DNA of 63,783 nucleotides, the filler included, from Reclinomonas americana ATCC 50394 (taxonomy: Eukaryota): NCBI GenBank assembly GCA_048213135.1. It is 29 parts of 29 records of this genome, joined end to end, with 100 filler letters (N's around TTAATTAATTAA, not from the genome) between each part and the next. Parts side by side here need not be neighbours in the genome. Positions count along the whole stretch, not along the records: positions 32,049 to 34,580 come from AFZH01024857.1; positions 34,681 to 37,208 come from AFZH01024858.1; positions 37,309 to 39,836 come from AFZH01024859.1; positions 39,937 to 42,456 come from AFZH01024860.1; 25 more parts are not named here. One strand, given 5' to 3'. Shown one piece after another: positions 32,050 through 42,556 of the stretch. The notes below the pieces were generated by a model, which ran no database searches, was not told the origin of the DNA, and saw nothing but the letters and a program-made list of their open reading frames with translations. The first letter of the stretch is position 1; each line of letters opens with the position of its first letter. Position numbers and translations under genes: made by a program.

Positions 32050-34580
32050 ATGCCGGCGGCGTTGCCTGCTGTCAACGGCGTGCCCTCTTCCTCCTCCTCA
32101 TCTTCCTGCTCTCTGATGCGTAAGAGCTCCACGCGTCAGCTCATGGTTCGTACATGTCGTCACCGGCTCTCTCCTCTTTGTGACTCTCTCTCACACATGG
32201 CAACAATGTCTGTTTCTGCTATCGATGGCGTGCGCAGGCAATGAGTGGAGGGCACGAAGCACACCAGGCGGGTCTGTGGAGCGTGTTGCCGGAAGAGCTG
32301 TGGACGATTGTGTTGTCGCACTTCAGCGCGGGTGATTTGTATCGACAGCAGACCACGTGCAAGACTTGGTGAGATGGACGATGTGTGCGTTCTCGTGTGA
32401 GACCATGAGAGCTCATCTATGCGTTGCTCGTGCGCTCTAGGTATCGCCTGCTGGTGAAGTCGGTGACGGGGTTCAGTGCAAAGAGCGCCGCTGAGATCTC
32501 TGCGGCTCTCCAGTCATTGCGGTGTTTGCGCAGCTTGCACAGTTGCGATTGCGCTCTCTCGCTCTCTGCCTTGTGTATGTGTGTGCGCGGGTGTTTCTGA
32601 CACGCAGGGTGCGACCTCGCAGTTGGAGTTCCGTATGGGGAGGCAGTGGATGATTTGTGCGCGGCTCTGTCGAGTGGGCGATCGGGGCTCCGCGACTTGT
32701 CATTTACGGCGCCGTGGTGGCCTCGTTGCGTGTACAGAGAGTGTTGTGAAGCAGCCTTAGTCAGCGTCCTCATTGCCTCTCTCTCTCTCTTTAGAATACA
32801 TGGAGCGAGATCCAGTTTCGTCGCACAAGATGACGCACATGAAGCAGCTGTGTGAGGCCGTCGGCAGCAATCCCAAGTCGTTGCTGCGCTCCCTGACGAT
32901 CTCTGGTAAGCGCGCATAGGGTGGGGAAGTGTTGATCTACTGGTTGTTGCTGACTCGTTCCGCCACAGTGCCACTTGGGTCGGACTCTGCGTGCGACGTT
33001 TTGGGCTCGTTGTTGGCTTCCAACACCTCGCTTATGACTGTTGATATCTCTTCTTCGTCCACCGCATTCCCGGTGCGTCTGGCGCCCCTCGTACGGTCGC
33101 TGGTGAAGAATTCCACGTTGCGGCACCTGCGGTTATGCGGATATTCTCTCGATGCTGAGGCGACTGCTGCCATGGCGACGTACCTGGCGACCACGACGTC
33201 ACTGGAGACGCTGGATTTGTCGCACTCGCTGTCTGGCGAAGTGGCGGGCGGCGGTCTCACTGCACTTCTTCCGGGCCTTGCGGCAAATCGATCGTTGCGA
33301 GTCTTCCGCGCGTGCCGCGCCGATATGCGAAGCCGTGCCGCAGTTGATGCGGTCCTTGGTCCGCACTCCATGTTGCATACTCTTGACTTGGAAGGTGAGC
33401 GCGTTTGTGCTTGGTGATCTTGTGCATCACCCCTCTCTCAATGCCCTGTATAGAGAGTCTTCTCTCCACCGAGTTTGCTGTTGCTCTCGGGCGGGATCTC
33501 CGTGTCAACCACACTCTGCATCGGCTGTTGCTCGACAAAACACACAACGGAATTCCTTCGTCTCGCGGGTCGTGGCCTTTTGATGTTGGCATCTCGTCCA
33601 TTACCGCAGCCCTTGTCGAGAATACAACCGTGCGAGAAGTGTCGCTGCTTAGTTGCGCAGCCAGTCGCTCTGCCAGCCAACATTTATGTTGTCGAAAACA
33701 CATGCTGATGCGCGTGGTGCACAGGTACCCCATTCACTTCATCTGTACTCGCGGAGGTGGCTCAGCATGTGTGCCGTTCAACGAGTCTTCGTACTCTGCG
33801 GATTTCGACTTGCTACCGCAACAGATTCGAAACGGCGTGGGTTGACTTTGCGCAACAGCTGGCCGCAGGATCACGCCTTTCGGAGCTGTCGTTTGAGTTC
33901 CAGTCACTGAAGTCCGTGGCGGCTGCTCCAGTTTCAGACGCCCCTGTTGCTCTGTCGCTGCTCAACCATATTGGCCAACTGAGGACGTTGACCAACCTTG
34001 ACTTGTCTGGTTTGTTGTTTTCCTCCTCTTACATCGGCGTGATGTTCTCTGGTGCTCACTGGCGGGTAATGCAGAGACGGCGCTTACCGGGCAGTTGGCC
34101 ACTCACCTGCAGTCCCTTGTGACGCAATGTGGCTCCTTGGAGTCACTCCGCCTCGCGAGAAATACTTTCACGGACGCGGATGCGCTCGCTGTCGCTGATG
34201 TGCTGTCCTTGGAGTCCTCATCGCTTCGCACCCTCGATCTGGAAGGCGTGCAGTTCTCGTCGATGGATGCACTCGGCGCAGTGCTCGATGCGGCAGAGCG
34301 TGCCCCGCATCTGCGAAATCTGATCCTTCGCCACGTTTTCGTGTCACAGTCGTTGGGTGACACCACACGTTTTCGTTGCTTTTCGTATGAGTTTGTTTGA
34401 TTCTGATGGTTTTTCCGGAGCAGATCACCGTTGGTGCGACTTCCTGGCCCACGCCGAGCAGCGCTTCCCGCTCGGCCTGTGTTCTTCTGGGACCTGGTGG
34501 CAGACCGGCTCGGGTTGCTGTTGAGTCGAGGTGTCTCATTACGTCGCGTTGATCTTCGTGGCATCCGGATATCCGCCCCG
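32050..34580 (+). CDS. F-box + RNI-like LRR protein, spliced, 3'-truncated
   Basis: LWSVLPEELWTIVLSHFSAGDLYRQQTTCKTW (F-box). Repeated LxxNxxLxxLxL (LVKNSTLRHLRL, LATTTSLETLDL, LAANRSLRVF, LRVNHTLHRLLL). Confidence 0.85.
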
Positions 34581-34737
34581 NNNNNNNNNNNNNNNNNNNN
34601 NNNNNNNNNNNNNNNNNNNNNNNNTTAATTAATTAANNNNNNNNNNNNNNNNNNNNNNNNNNNNNNNNNNNNNNNNNNNNTTTCATCTCGCTGTTGTTGT
34701 CTTTGTGTGTGTGTTGTGTTTCTACGAGAGGATAGGC

Positions 34738-35939
34738 ATGCCGCTGCAAAAGGTGTACATGACACATGAGGTGTTCCTCACGGGCGTGCTGCACGCGCTG
34801 ACCACCGAGAAGGAGGAAGTGATGGGATTGTGCCTCGGGTCCATTGATCATGTTGCGTACGCGTGCTCTCTCTCTTCCACACACACACACACGCACCACA
34901 CGCACTGTGTAGACACCTTGACTCCACTGCTCTGCGCTGTGTGCGTGCGCTGTTGTCCGAGGAGTCGGGCATTTCGCGCACTCACTCACCTCCTTCTCCT
35001 CGTACACAGGAGACTAGTGTGTGCCGCGTGTGGGGCATCTGCCATCTGGAGCGCTCCGACCGACGCACCGATCGTGTGGAAGTGAGCCCGGAGCAGCTGT
35101 CACTGGCCGCAGTGGAGGCAGAAGTTGCGCGTGAAGATAGAGAGACACTGGAATCATCACAGTCACTCATTTTTCTTCACAACAGCGCGTGACAGCGGCC
35201 ACTGGGCGTCCCACCTCTGTGGTGGGCTGGTACCACTCGCACCCGCACATGACATGCCGCCCGTCGCACGTGGATTTGCGGTACCAGGCCGACATGCAAA
35301 TGCTCGACTCGGGCTTCATTGGCCTCATCTTCTCCGTCTTCAACGACGACCAGCACGGCAAGAGCCGCATTCAGGTGCATGCGTGGCAGTCGGTGGAGGA
35401 TCTGCAGCCGGCGGCGTCGAGTCATCGCGGCGGATCGTCGTCCATGGCCGGCATGTATGGCATGGGAATGACCGAGGCGGAGCTGCTGGAGTTTACGGCC
35501 ATGGAGGCGCAGGCGTCGTCGGATGGGTGGCGTGAGCATGAGGTGCCGATTGAGTTCTTTGACGACGAGCCCGGCATGTGCGATCTGTACAAGCGTCTCG
35601 TCACGCTCATGCGTATCTTTTACACCGAGGAGAAGAAGGTGTATCAGACGCAGGTCAATGTGGCACTGCCGGGCACGCCCGCCACCCCTCCCGTCACCGG
35701 ACCACAAAAGAGGTACGCTTTCTCTCTCTTCCTCGTTGCGTGTGTGGATCTCTGAATACTCTGCGCGCAGTGCATACACGCGGTTGCATCACGCCGCCGT
35801 CTTCCAAAAGTCGGCCTCCAAGCTGCTCGAGTGCCTGTACGCGCCACTCAAGCGCGCCCTCACCAACCTGCTGCTGGAGAACCAGAGGAAACTCACTCAT
35901 CTCGATCAGGCGCTGGCCGCTGCTGCAGATGACAAGTGA
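34738..35939 (+). CDS. BRCC3: BRCC36 JAMM/MPN+ K63 deubiquitinase
   Basis: HALTTEKEEVMGLCLG, DRVEVSPEQLS...EAE|R, VVGWYHSHPHMTCRPSHVDLRYQ (intact HxH-x7-S-x2-D), GFIGLIFSVF. TGA at 35937-35939. Confidence 0.95.
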
Positions 35940-35944
35940 ATAAA
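35939..35944 (+). promoter_or_regulatory. Possible AATAAA polyadenylation signal overlapping the BRCC36 stop
   Basis: TGAATAAAA seen directly. Function is inferred. Confidence 0.35.
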
Positions 35945-36402
35945 ACCGCTACAACTACCAAGTACAGCTGTGTGGTATTCTCTCTCCCCACTCAACAGGG
36001 TGAAATGGGTGATCTTGCGTTACTCAATCCACCAAAACAACAACAGCAACAACGTTACTAAGCTTCCTTCCTCCTTTCACTCTCTCTTCCCATCCCAAGC
36101 GAATGCACAGCAACAACAACAACAAGTACAGCTATTCTTCCGTTCGGTTGTTCAATAGGCGCCTCCCTCACTTGTCTCCACTCTAGATCTATTGCTGGTG
36201 ACTCTCGCCCACCCCAAAGTGATAATCTTCGCGTCTCGGCGATCAAGTGGGGGGTTTGGCTTTGATGAAAAGCCATTGTAGAAAAAAAGTTGAAGAAGAG
36301 AGGCGAGCGGCCGGGCGAGGCAAGCTCAATGCCCGCCCGTGTCCACCGCACTCCATCATCGAGTGCGTCACACACCAAACACACACACACAGAGGTGTGT
36401 GT

Positions 36403-36877
36403 TTAGTAGGGCTGCGACTGCGACGACTGGCCACCCTCGGCGCCCTTGCCCTTCTTCTTGGGCAGCAGCGAGCCGTGAATGTGCGGAATGACGCCACCCT
36501 GGGCAATCGTGACGTTCTTCAGCAGCTTGTTGAGCTCCTCGTCGTTGCGGACGGCCAACTGAATGTGGCGCGGCACAATGCGCGACTTCTTGTTGTCGCG
36601 AGCGGCGTTGCCGGCGAGCTCGAGAATCTCAGCCGCCAGGTACTCCAGCACGGCGGCCAGGTACACAGGGGCGCCAGCGCCAATGCGCTCAGCGTAGTTG
36701 CCCGACTTGAGGAAACGAGCCAGACGACCCACAGGGAACTGCAGGCCGGCGCGGGCGGAGCGCGAGATCGCCTTGTTCTTGCTCTTTGCAGACTTGTCCT
36801 TGCCTGTGACAACACAACGAGTAAGCATGTGTGTCTGTGTGTGTCACGACGATGACGATGGATCACTCACCAGACAT
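36403..36877 (-). CDS. H2A: Histone H2A, H2A.X-like (C-terminal SQPY), one intron
   Basis: Exon 1 ATGTCTG (36877-36871), intron 36870-36804. MSGKDK...[14 protein letters not shown]...[32 protein letters not shown]...QSSQSQPY*. Confidence 0.98.
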
Positions 36878-37308
36878 GGTGTAGTTTGTTCTCTCTCACG
36901 AGTTGTGCGAAAAAAGTGTGAGAGTGCATTGTCGATGAAAGTGATGAGGGGTTTCCTCGGGTGTGCCTCTGGTCGACTGAATGTTGGATGCCGCCGAGAC
37001 CACTCCCTCTTGGCTCGGAATGTCGGCTGATGTGGCGGAATTCCGAAATGGACGTCTGAAACACCACATTTACGTTTTCCGCGCACACTCGGACCGCAAA
37101 GAGAACAATCCACCCACACACTCACCCCACTCAAACAGGTGAGTTGCGCGAGCCGCTGCTGCTGCAGCGTGCACAGGCCTCTCTGTATGTGTGCGCAACT
37201 CCGATAGANNNNNNNNNNNNNNNNNNNNNNNNNNNNNNNNNNNNNNNNNNNNTTAATTAATTAANNNNNNNNNNNNNNNNNNNNNNNNNNNNNNNNNNNN
37301 NNNNNNNN

Positions 37309-39806
37309 GAAATAAACACTCGCCATTGACTCTGTCTCTCCACTTCACCTTGCTGCGCCACACTCAACGCCGGCCGCTCCAGTGACAACATGTGCCGCAG
37401 CGCCAACTCGGCCGTCCGGGCCTCGTTGAACAGATCCACTGCCACACCATTCCCTGGATCAGCACTTCAAATCACACACACTCACACATCAACCCCTCCT
37501 GCACGCAACATGCATCATCTCGAAACACCAGCAACTCGTGTCCGAGATGGCGCGTTAGGTGCACACCGTCGGGACTCCACGCCCATGTCGTGTGCATCAA
37601 CACATTCCCCACCACTCTCCGCGTCGGTGCCACCAGGCGGCACACGGGCACACCCTGCGTCACGTCCCACACCAACGGTTCCTCCCTCTGCAACAATGTC
37701 AGCACTAGAAACCCTTTCTAACTCCCTTCCCCGCCGCTCGCACGCAACAAAAGTGGTCACGAGCAAGTACGCTCCGTCACTCGGTCGAAAGAGGACCGAC
37801 GCCACCGAGGTGGCGTCGTACTGCAAACTCTGCAGCACCTCGCCAGTGATCGCATGCACCACCAGCACCGAGCCAGTGCGCGCGACCGAGGCAAAGATGG
37901 GCTCGGTCGGGTGCCAGCTGAAGCGATGCTTGTACATGTCCTCGTTTGACACTCTCATGTCGGCCAGTCGCGTGCCCGTCGGCACCCACCGGTACGCACT
38001 CCCATCGTCGGCAGTCTCACACTGGTACGTGACAATCACGTCGTTGCGCTCCACCATGGCCAACAGCCGGTTGTTGGGGTGCACGTAGCACATGAGGCAG
38101 GCGGCTCGGTGGGCCTGCGTCGTCTCTGGCACACTCTCGCCACTGCTCAGCGACATCTCCACCGTCTCGTCTGTGCCGATCACCAGCAACCGCGTGGGAT
38201 CCCCGCTCGGCGACGGTGCGCACACCACAAACACTTTCGACTGCAACGCCTGCATCATGCGCATGCCGCTCGGATGCAACGTCCCCACCAGCCCTGCGTG
38301 CTCGGGAGTGAGGCGCGACAGGCTGCGAAGAAGAAGGAGGAATGCGAGGAGCACGCAACGTCGTTCTTTCGGTACCCCTTGGCTTGTGATGTTCACGAGG
38401 GCCAGAGCGCAGCTCTGATTCTCCGCGCCCGTGGTGAAAAACGGGTGCGCCCGTCCGGCGAGGATCCCCAGGAGACGGTGGGTGGGTGCGTGCCATTGGA
38501 AGTAGTCGGCCTGAGGAGAGGTCGGGAGGGAGAGGAGGACGGGGGAGGGAGAGGGAGGACAAGGGGGAAGGAGGAGATGTGAGATAGGTGATGGCACAGG
38601 AGACAGAACGGCATGATTATGTCGGCCCAGGGACGTGGAAAAAGAGATATAGAAGAACGAGATGCATGATGAAGGAGAGCACGAGACAACATCCAGCACT
38701 GAGATGACAATTCCAAGAAAGAAGGCCCTCTGCAGCAAGGATCCAAAGTACACCCCTTTTCCTCCCCATCTCCTGCCATTCTCATCCCCTTCTCCTCACC
38801 GCCACCGGCACCACCGCCACCCTCTTCATCTCCGCCTCCCCTCTCGCATTCACCGCCATCATCTCCCACACCAGAACCTCCGACTCGCCCATATGCCTCT
38901 CAGAAAAGAAGAAGAAGAAGAAGAAGAAGAAGAAGAAGAAGAAGAAGAAGAAGAAGAAGAAGACGGAGGAGGAGGAGGAGAGAGAATAATAAGAAGAAGA
39001 ACAAGAACCAGGAGCAAGAAGAGAAGGAGAAGTATGAACAACGAGAGCACGAGATAGCTCCAAGGAACAAAGGCCCTCTGTATCAACGATTCAAAGAAGT
39101 CCCCTTTTCCTCCTCTTCCCATCCCCTTATCATCCCATTTTCCTCCCCTTTTTCCTCACCGCCATCGGCACCACCGCCACCCTCCTTATCTCCGCCGCCT
39201 CCCCTCTCGCATTCACCGCCACCAAATCCCACACCAGAACCTCCGACTCGCCCATATGCCTCTCAGAAAAGAAGAAGAAGAAGAAGAAGGAGAAGAAGAA
39301 GAAGAAGAAGACGGAGGAGGAGGAGGAGAGAGAATAATAAGAAGAAGAACAAGAACCAGGAGCAAGAAGAGAAGGAGAAGTATGAACAACGAGAGCACGA
39401 GACAACTCCAAGAAAAGGGGGCCCTCTGTAACAATCCCCTTTTCCTCCTCTTCTCATCCCCATATCCTGCCATTCCCATCCCCTTCTCCTCCTAAGCACT
39501 CACCGCCATCGGCACCACCGCCACCCTCTTCAGCTCCGCCTCTCCTCGCCCATTCACCGCCACCATATCCCACACCAGAACCTCCGACTCGCCCATATCC
39601 CTCTCACTAAAGTGCCGCGGTCGTCCTCGCGTCGCCCGCACCGTGCACAGCAGCCATCCTCGGTGCACCGACAAGAGAGATCGCGCGTTGCTGGCAAATT
39701 CGCGCGAGTGTAGGAAGAATGGCGTGGAGGCGTCGCTGGGGAAGGAGTGGAGGTGGTGTAGGAGAGAGAAGGCGGGAGAAGGTGCGTCGTCGTCTCCACT
39801 GCTCAT
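37309..39806 (-). CDS. Divergent WD40-like beta-propeller protein, spliced, 3'-truncated
   Basis: CYVHPNNRLLAMV, FSWHPTEPIFASV, VLFRPSDGAYLLV, WAWSPDGVHL, EPLVWDV. Confidence 0.65.
38670..39610. repeat. Tandem triplication (~360 nt) of an exon end, donor site and intron, with (GAA)n tracts
   Basis: Three copies encoding SER[D/H]MGESEVLVW...RVAVVP[M/V]A, each followed by GTGAG on the minus strand (about 39503, 39159, 38799). Confidence 0.9.
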
Positions 39807-39984
39807 GGTGACAAAGTAAAGAGGAGGAGTTGTGTTNNNNNNNNNNNNNNNNNNNNNNNNNNNNNNNNNNNNNNNNNNNNTTAATTAATTAANNNNNNNN
39901 NNNNNNNNNNNNNNNNNNNNNNNNNNNNNNNNNNNNGGTGAGCTAATTAGTTTGGACTTCACTGATAGTCTGTTCCTCGCGCAG

Positions 39985-41733
39985 GTTCTCCCAACTTTGT
40001 GGCCTTCGTCATCAGCTTCTTCTTCGAGAGCTTGCTGTCGATTCTTCTTCGCGTATTCTTCGAGCCGTATATGGAAAAGGTGGAGAATTCAGTGCCGTAC
40101 TGGTGGCGACTCATCAAGAACTGGGTACTGCTTCATGTTTTGCGAGCGAATCCAGCGTTGCTGCCTGATCCGGACGAAGTGCGACCTCGGGAAAGGCTGA
40201 ATGCAATCAACGGCATTGTTGGCAGCGTGCAGGGCATGTCAGTTGAGAACGCGTCGTACGCATTTGGACCGTTTTTGGCCGTATGGATCTTCATTTTCCG
40301 TCACGAAACGAATATCAGCACCAACTACGGCATTCGAGACCAGGATTTCATCTACTACATCGCGTTCTCTCTGATTGGCGTGGTGGGACTGGTGTTTATC
40401 AACATGTTCATCAACAATGTCATGGAACTGTTTCACGGCTACAAGTTGTTGGACTACGTGACATTCTGCCATGATCAGTATCGCAGGAGACGTGTGCGGT
40501 GGAAGGTGAGTTTGATTCCACATCAGATATGCGCAAATTGTGTCCTCTCATGTATTTGTTGTTTGTGTAGGGGTATGACGGCCAACTGGATCCGGTGGTG
40601 GAGGACGAACTGCAAATGGCGGATCAGATGTGTTGGACGTCGCAGTACCATTTCATGATCACGCTGATGTCGGCGGGCGTCATCTTTGTCACGTTTTCCG
40701 TGCAGATGATTTATCAGCACAACTACAATCCGTTTGCTGACGTTGCCTGCGTTCCGCTGGTGCTCCTCACCATCGCCGCGTGCTGGGTTAGCAAGCTGAT
40801 TTGTGTCCTTCTTGGTGACTTGCTGCGCATCTGGGTACCTCAGCATCACTCTGATGAGGTGGCCGCTGCTTTGTTCGGTGCGCCGCCAGTTGCAGAGGAG
40901 CGTCGGCGTCGGCAGGTACGTGTGCTCAATAGATCGCGAGATTCGGTGCTCTACTCGTGCGTGACGCAGCTTCCATTCTGCAGGAGTTGTACGATGAACT
41001 TTTCGCTGGAAAGGAGGCCGCGATTCTGGAAGGAGCACGGCATTCGCGCGTTCAGCGCGTCACGAAAGATGCAGTTGTGCCCTACACTCCAAGAATTCGC
41101 AGTGCTGGGTTCAGGCAGAAATTCCTGGCTGCAAACGAAGACTGGCTGCGGCAAAAGGCGCACGACTCCAGTGGTGAGGCGCTTTTCATTTCTTACGTGC
41201 ATATTGGATGGTCGAGCGAGTGACACCCAATTGTTTGTCGAGTGTAGGCTTTGCGGATGCTGCCGTCGTTGCCGACGCGCTGCGGAGTGACAAGCTGGAT
41301 GATGAGGAACGCGCGGCTGCTGTTGCTGCTGCGCGGAGACTCGCTGCTGCACTTGCAAGCTCTCCATTCTTCACTGCCGATGTTCGGTACAATACACCGG
41401 TGCGGTTCCCGACCGTCGCGAATCTGCGAAGCATGGTGCGTGGACTACCCATATTTGTGTGCCTGCTTGTGACTTTTCGCCTCACCACTGTTACAGGTTG
41501 CTCGAGAGCCGGAAATGCCCCGACCGGGCGTTCCGGGAAGACCGCGAAACCACATCGAATCTGCAGCGACCGACGGGGCGAGTATATCTGGCACGGATAC
41601 GTCTGCAACAGATGACGACGACGACGACGATGCATCACAGGTCCCAATGCAAGTGTCAGATGCGACTCGCCGAGTAGCGCATGTGTGGCTTGCGCGTGCT
41701 CGCCGCTCGCTCGAGAAAACTGCACAGTTGTAA
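39985..41733 (+). CDS. Uncharacterised multi-pass membrane protein, C-terminal half, spliced
   Basis: Several TM helices. NYGIRDQDFIYYIAF, ELFHGYKLLDY, RWKG, DQMCWTSQYHF, NYNPFAD, FRQKFLAANEDWL, WLARARR. Recalled (unverified) as a protist-wide family of unknown function. Confidence 0.7.
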
Positions 41734-41754
41734 ATCAGCAGCCACGATTGTTGT

Positions 41755-42456
41755 TTACTCCCACTGTCGTTCAAGCATGGCTCTTGCCATTTCCAACCAG
41801 AAGAGAGACAACTGCATGGTGGCCTCGCTAACCACCGGAGCCGGCGGCGCATGGTCACGACCATTATCCGTGCTCGAACCATCCGATTCGTCGTCAGAGA
41901 AATCGAGACCAAGACGCTCCGCGACGGCATTTTCCTGCGCGGCGAGACCGGACACGCGTGAATAAATCACTGCAGATGAAAATAAACGACGGATGCTCAA
42001 GAAACTAACCAGCATGCGCAAACGACGGACAACGTCAGCCAGAATACTCGTCGGCACGACCGGTGGTACCACGTCGAGAGGGCGCACTGACGGGAATGGC
42101 ATCGCCGCGAATTCATCAAAGCGTTGCAGGTGCCAGTCATTGTCGCCATCGTCTGTCGACGCAGCCGCAACATCAGGTGGCAACTTCGCCACGAGACCTT
42201 GTCGATACGCTGATCGCGCAAGCTGCTCCGCCAACCACTCACTGGCCCCCACAGACGAATCAGCAAACAAGAAAAGGCATGCGCACATGTACCACAAACA
42301 AACGCACCGATTCCGTTGAACAAAATCAATGCGCACTGTATCCAAACCAATCCTAGGCGACAGACCCGACACATCTGGGAGGGCACGAACAGAAGATCGG
42401 AACGTGGTCGGCAACGGTGATGCGACTGGGCTCTCGTCGCCAGAAATCTGCGCAAA
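41755..42456 (-). CDS. Hypothetical spliced protein, C-terminal fragment
   Basis: ORF 41755..42414 with intron-like inserts. Ends LFWLEMARAMLERQWE*. Confidence 0.5.
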   Translation of the reverse strand, partial: FAQISGDESPVASPLPTTFRSSVRALPDVSGLSPRIGLDTVRIDFVQRNRCVCLWYMCACLFLFADSSVGASEWLAEQLARSAYRQGLVAKLPPDVAAASTDDGDNDWHLQRFDEFAAMPFPSVRPLDVVPPVVPTSILADVVRRLRMLVSFLSIRRLFSSAVIYSRVSGLAAQENAVAERLGLDFSDDESDGSSTDNGRDHAPPAPVVSEATMQLSLFWLEMARAMLERQWE

Positions 42457-42556
42457 NNNNNNNNNNNNNNNNNNNNNNNNNNNNNNNNNNNNNNNNNNNN
42501 TTAATTAATTAANNNNNNNNNNNNNNNNNNNNNNNNNNNNNNNNNNNNNNNNNNNN

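Noticed and set aside
34852..35009. GTTGCGT at 34852 as another shifted donor
   Set aside because: Ambiguous. A GTACGC donor at 34857 with a small internal exon also keeps the frame, so it was not counted.
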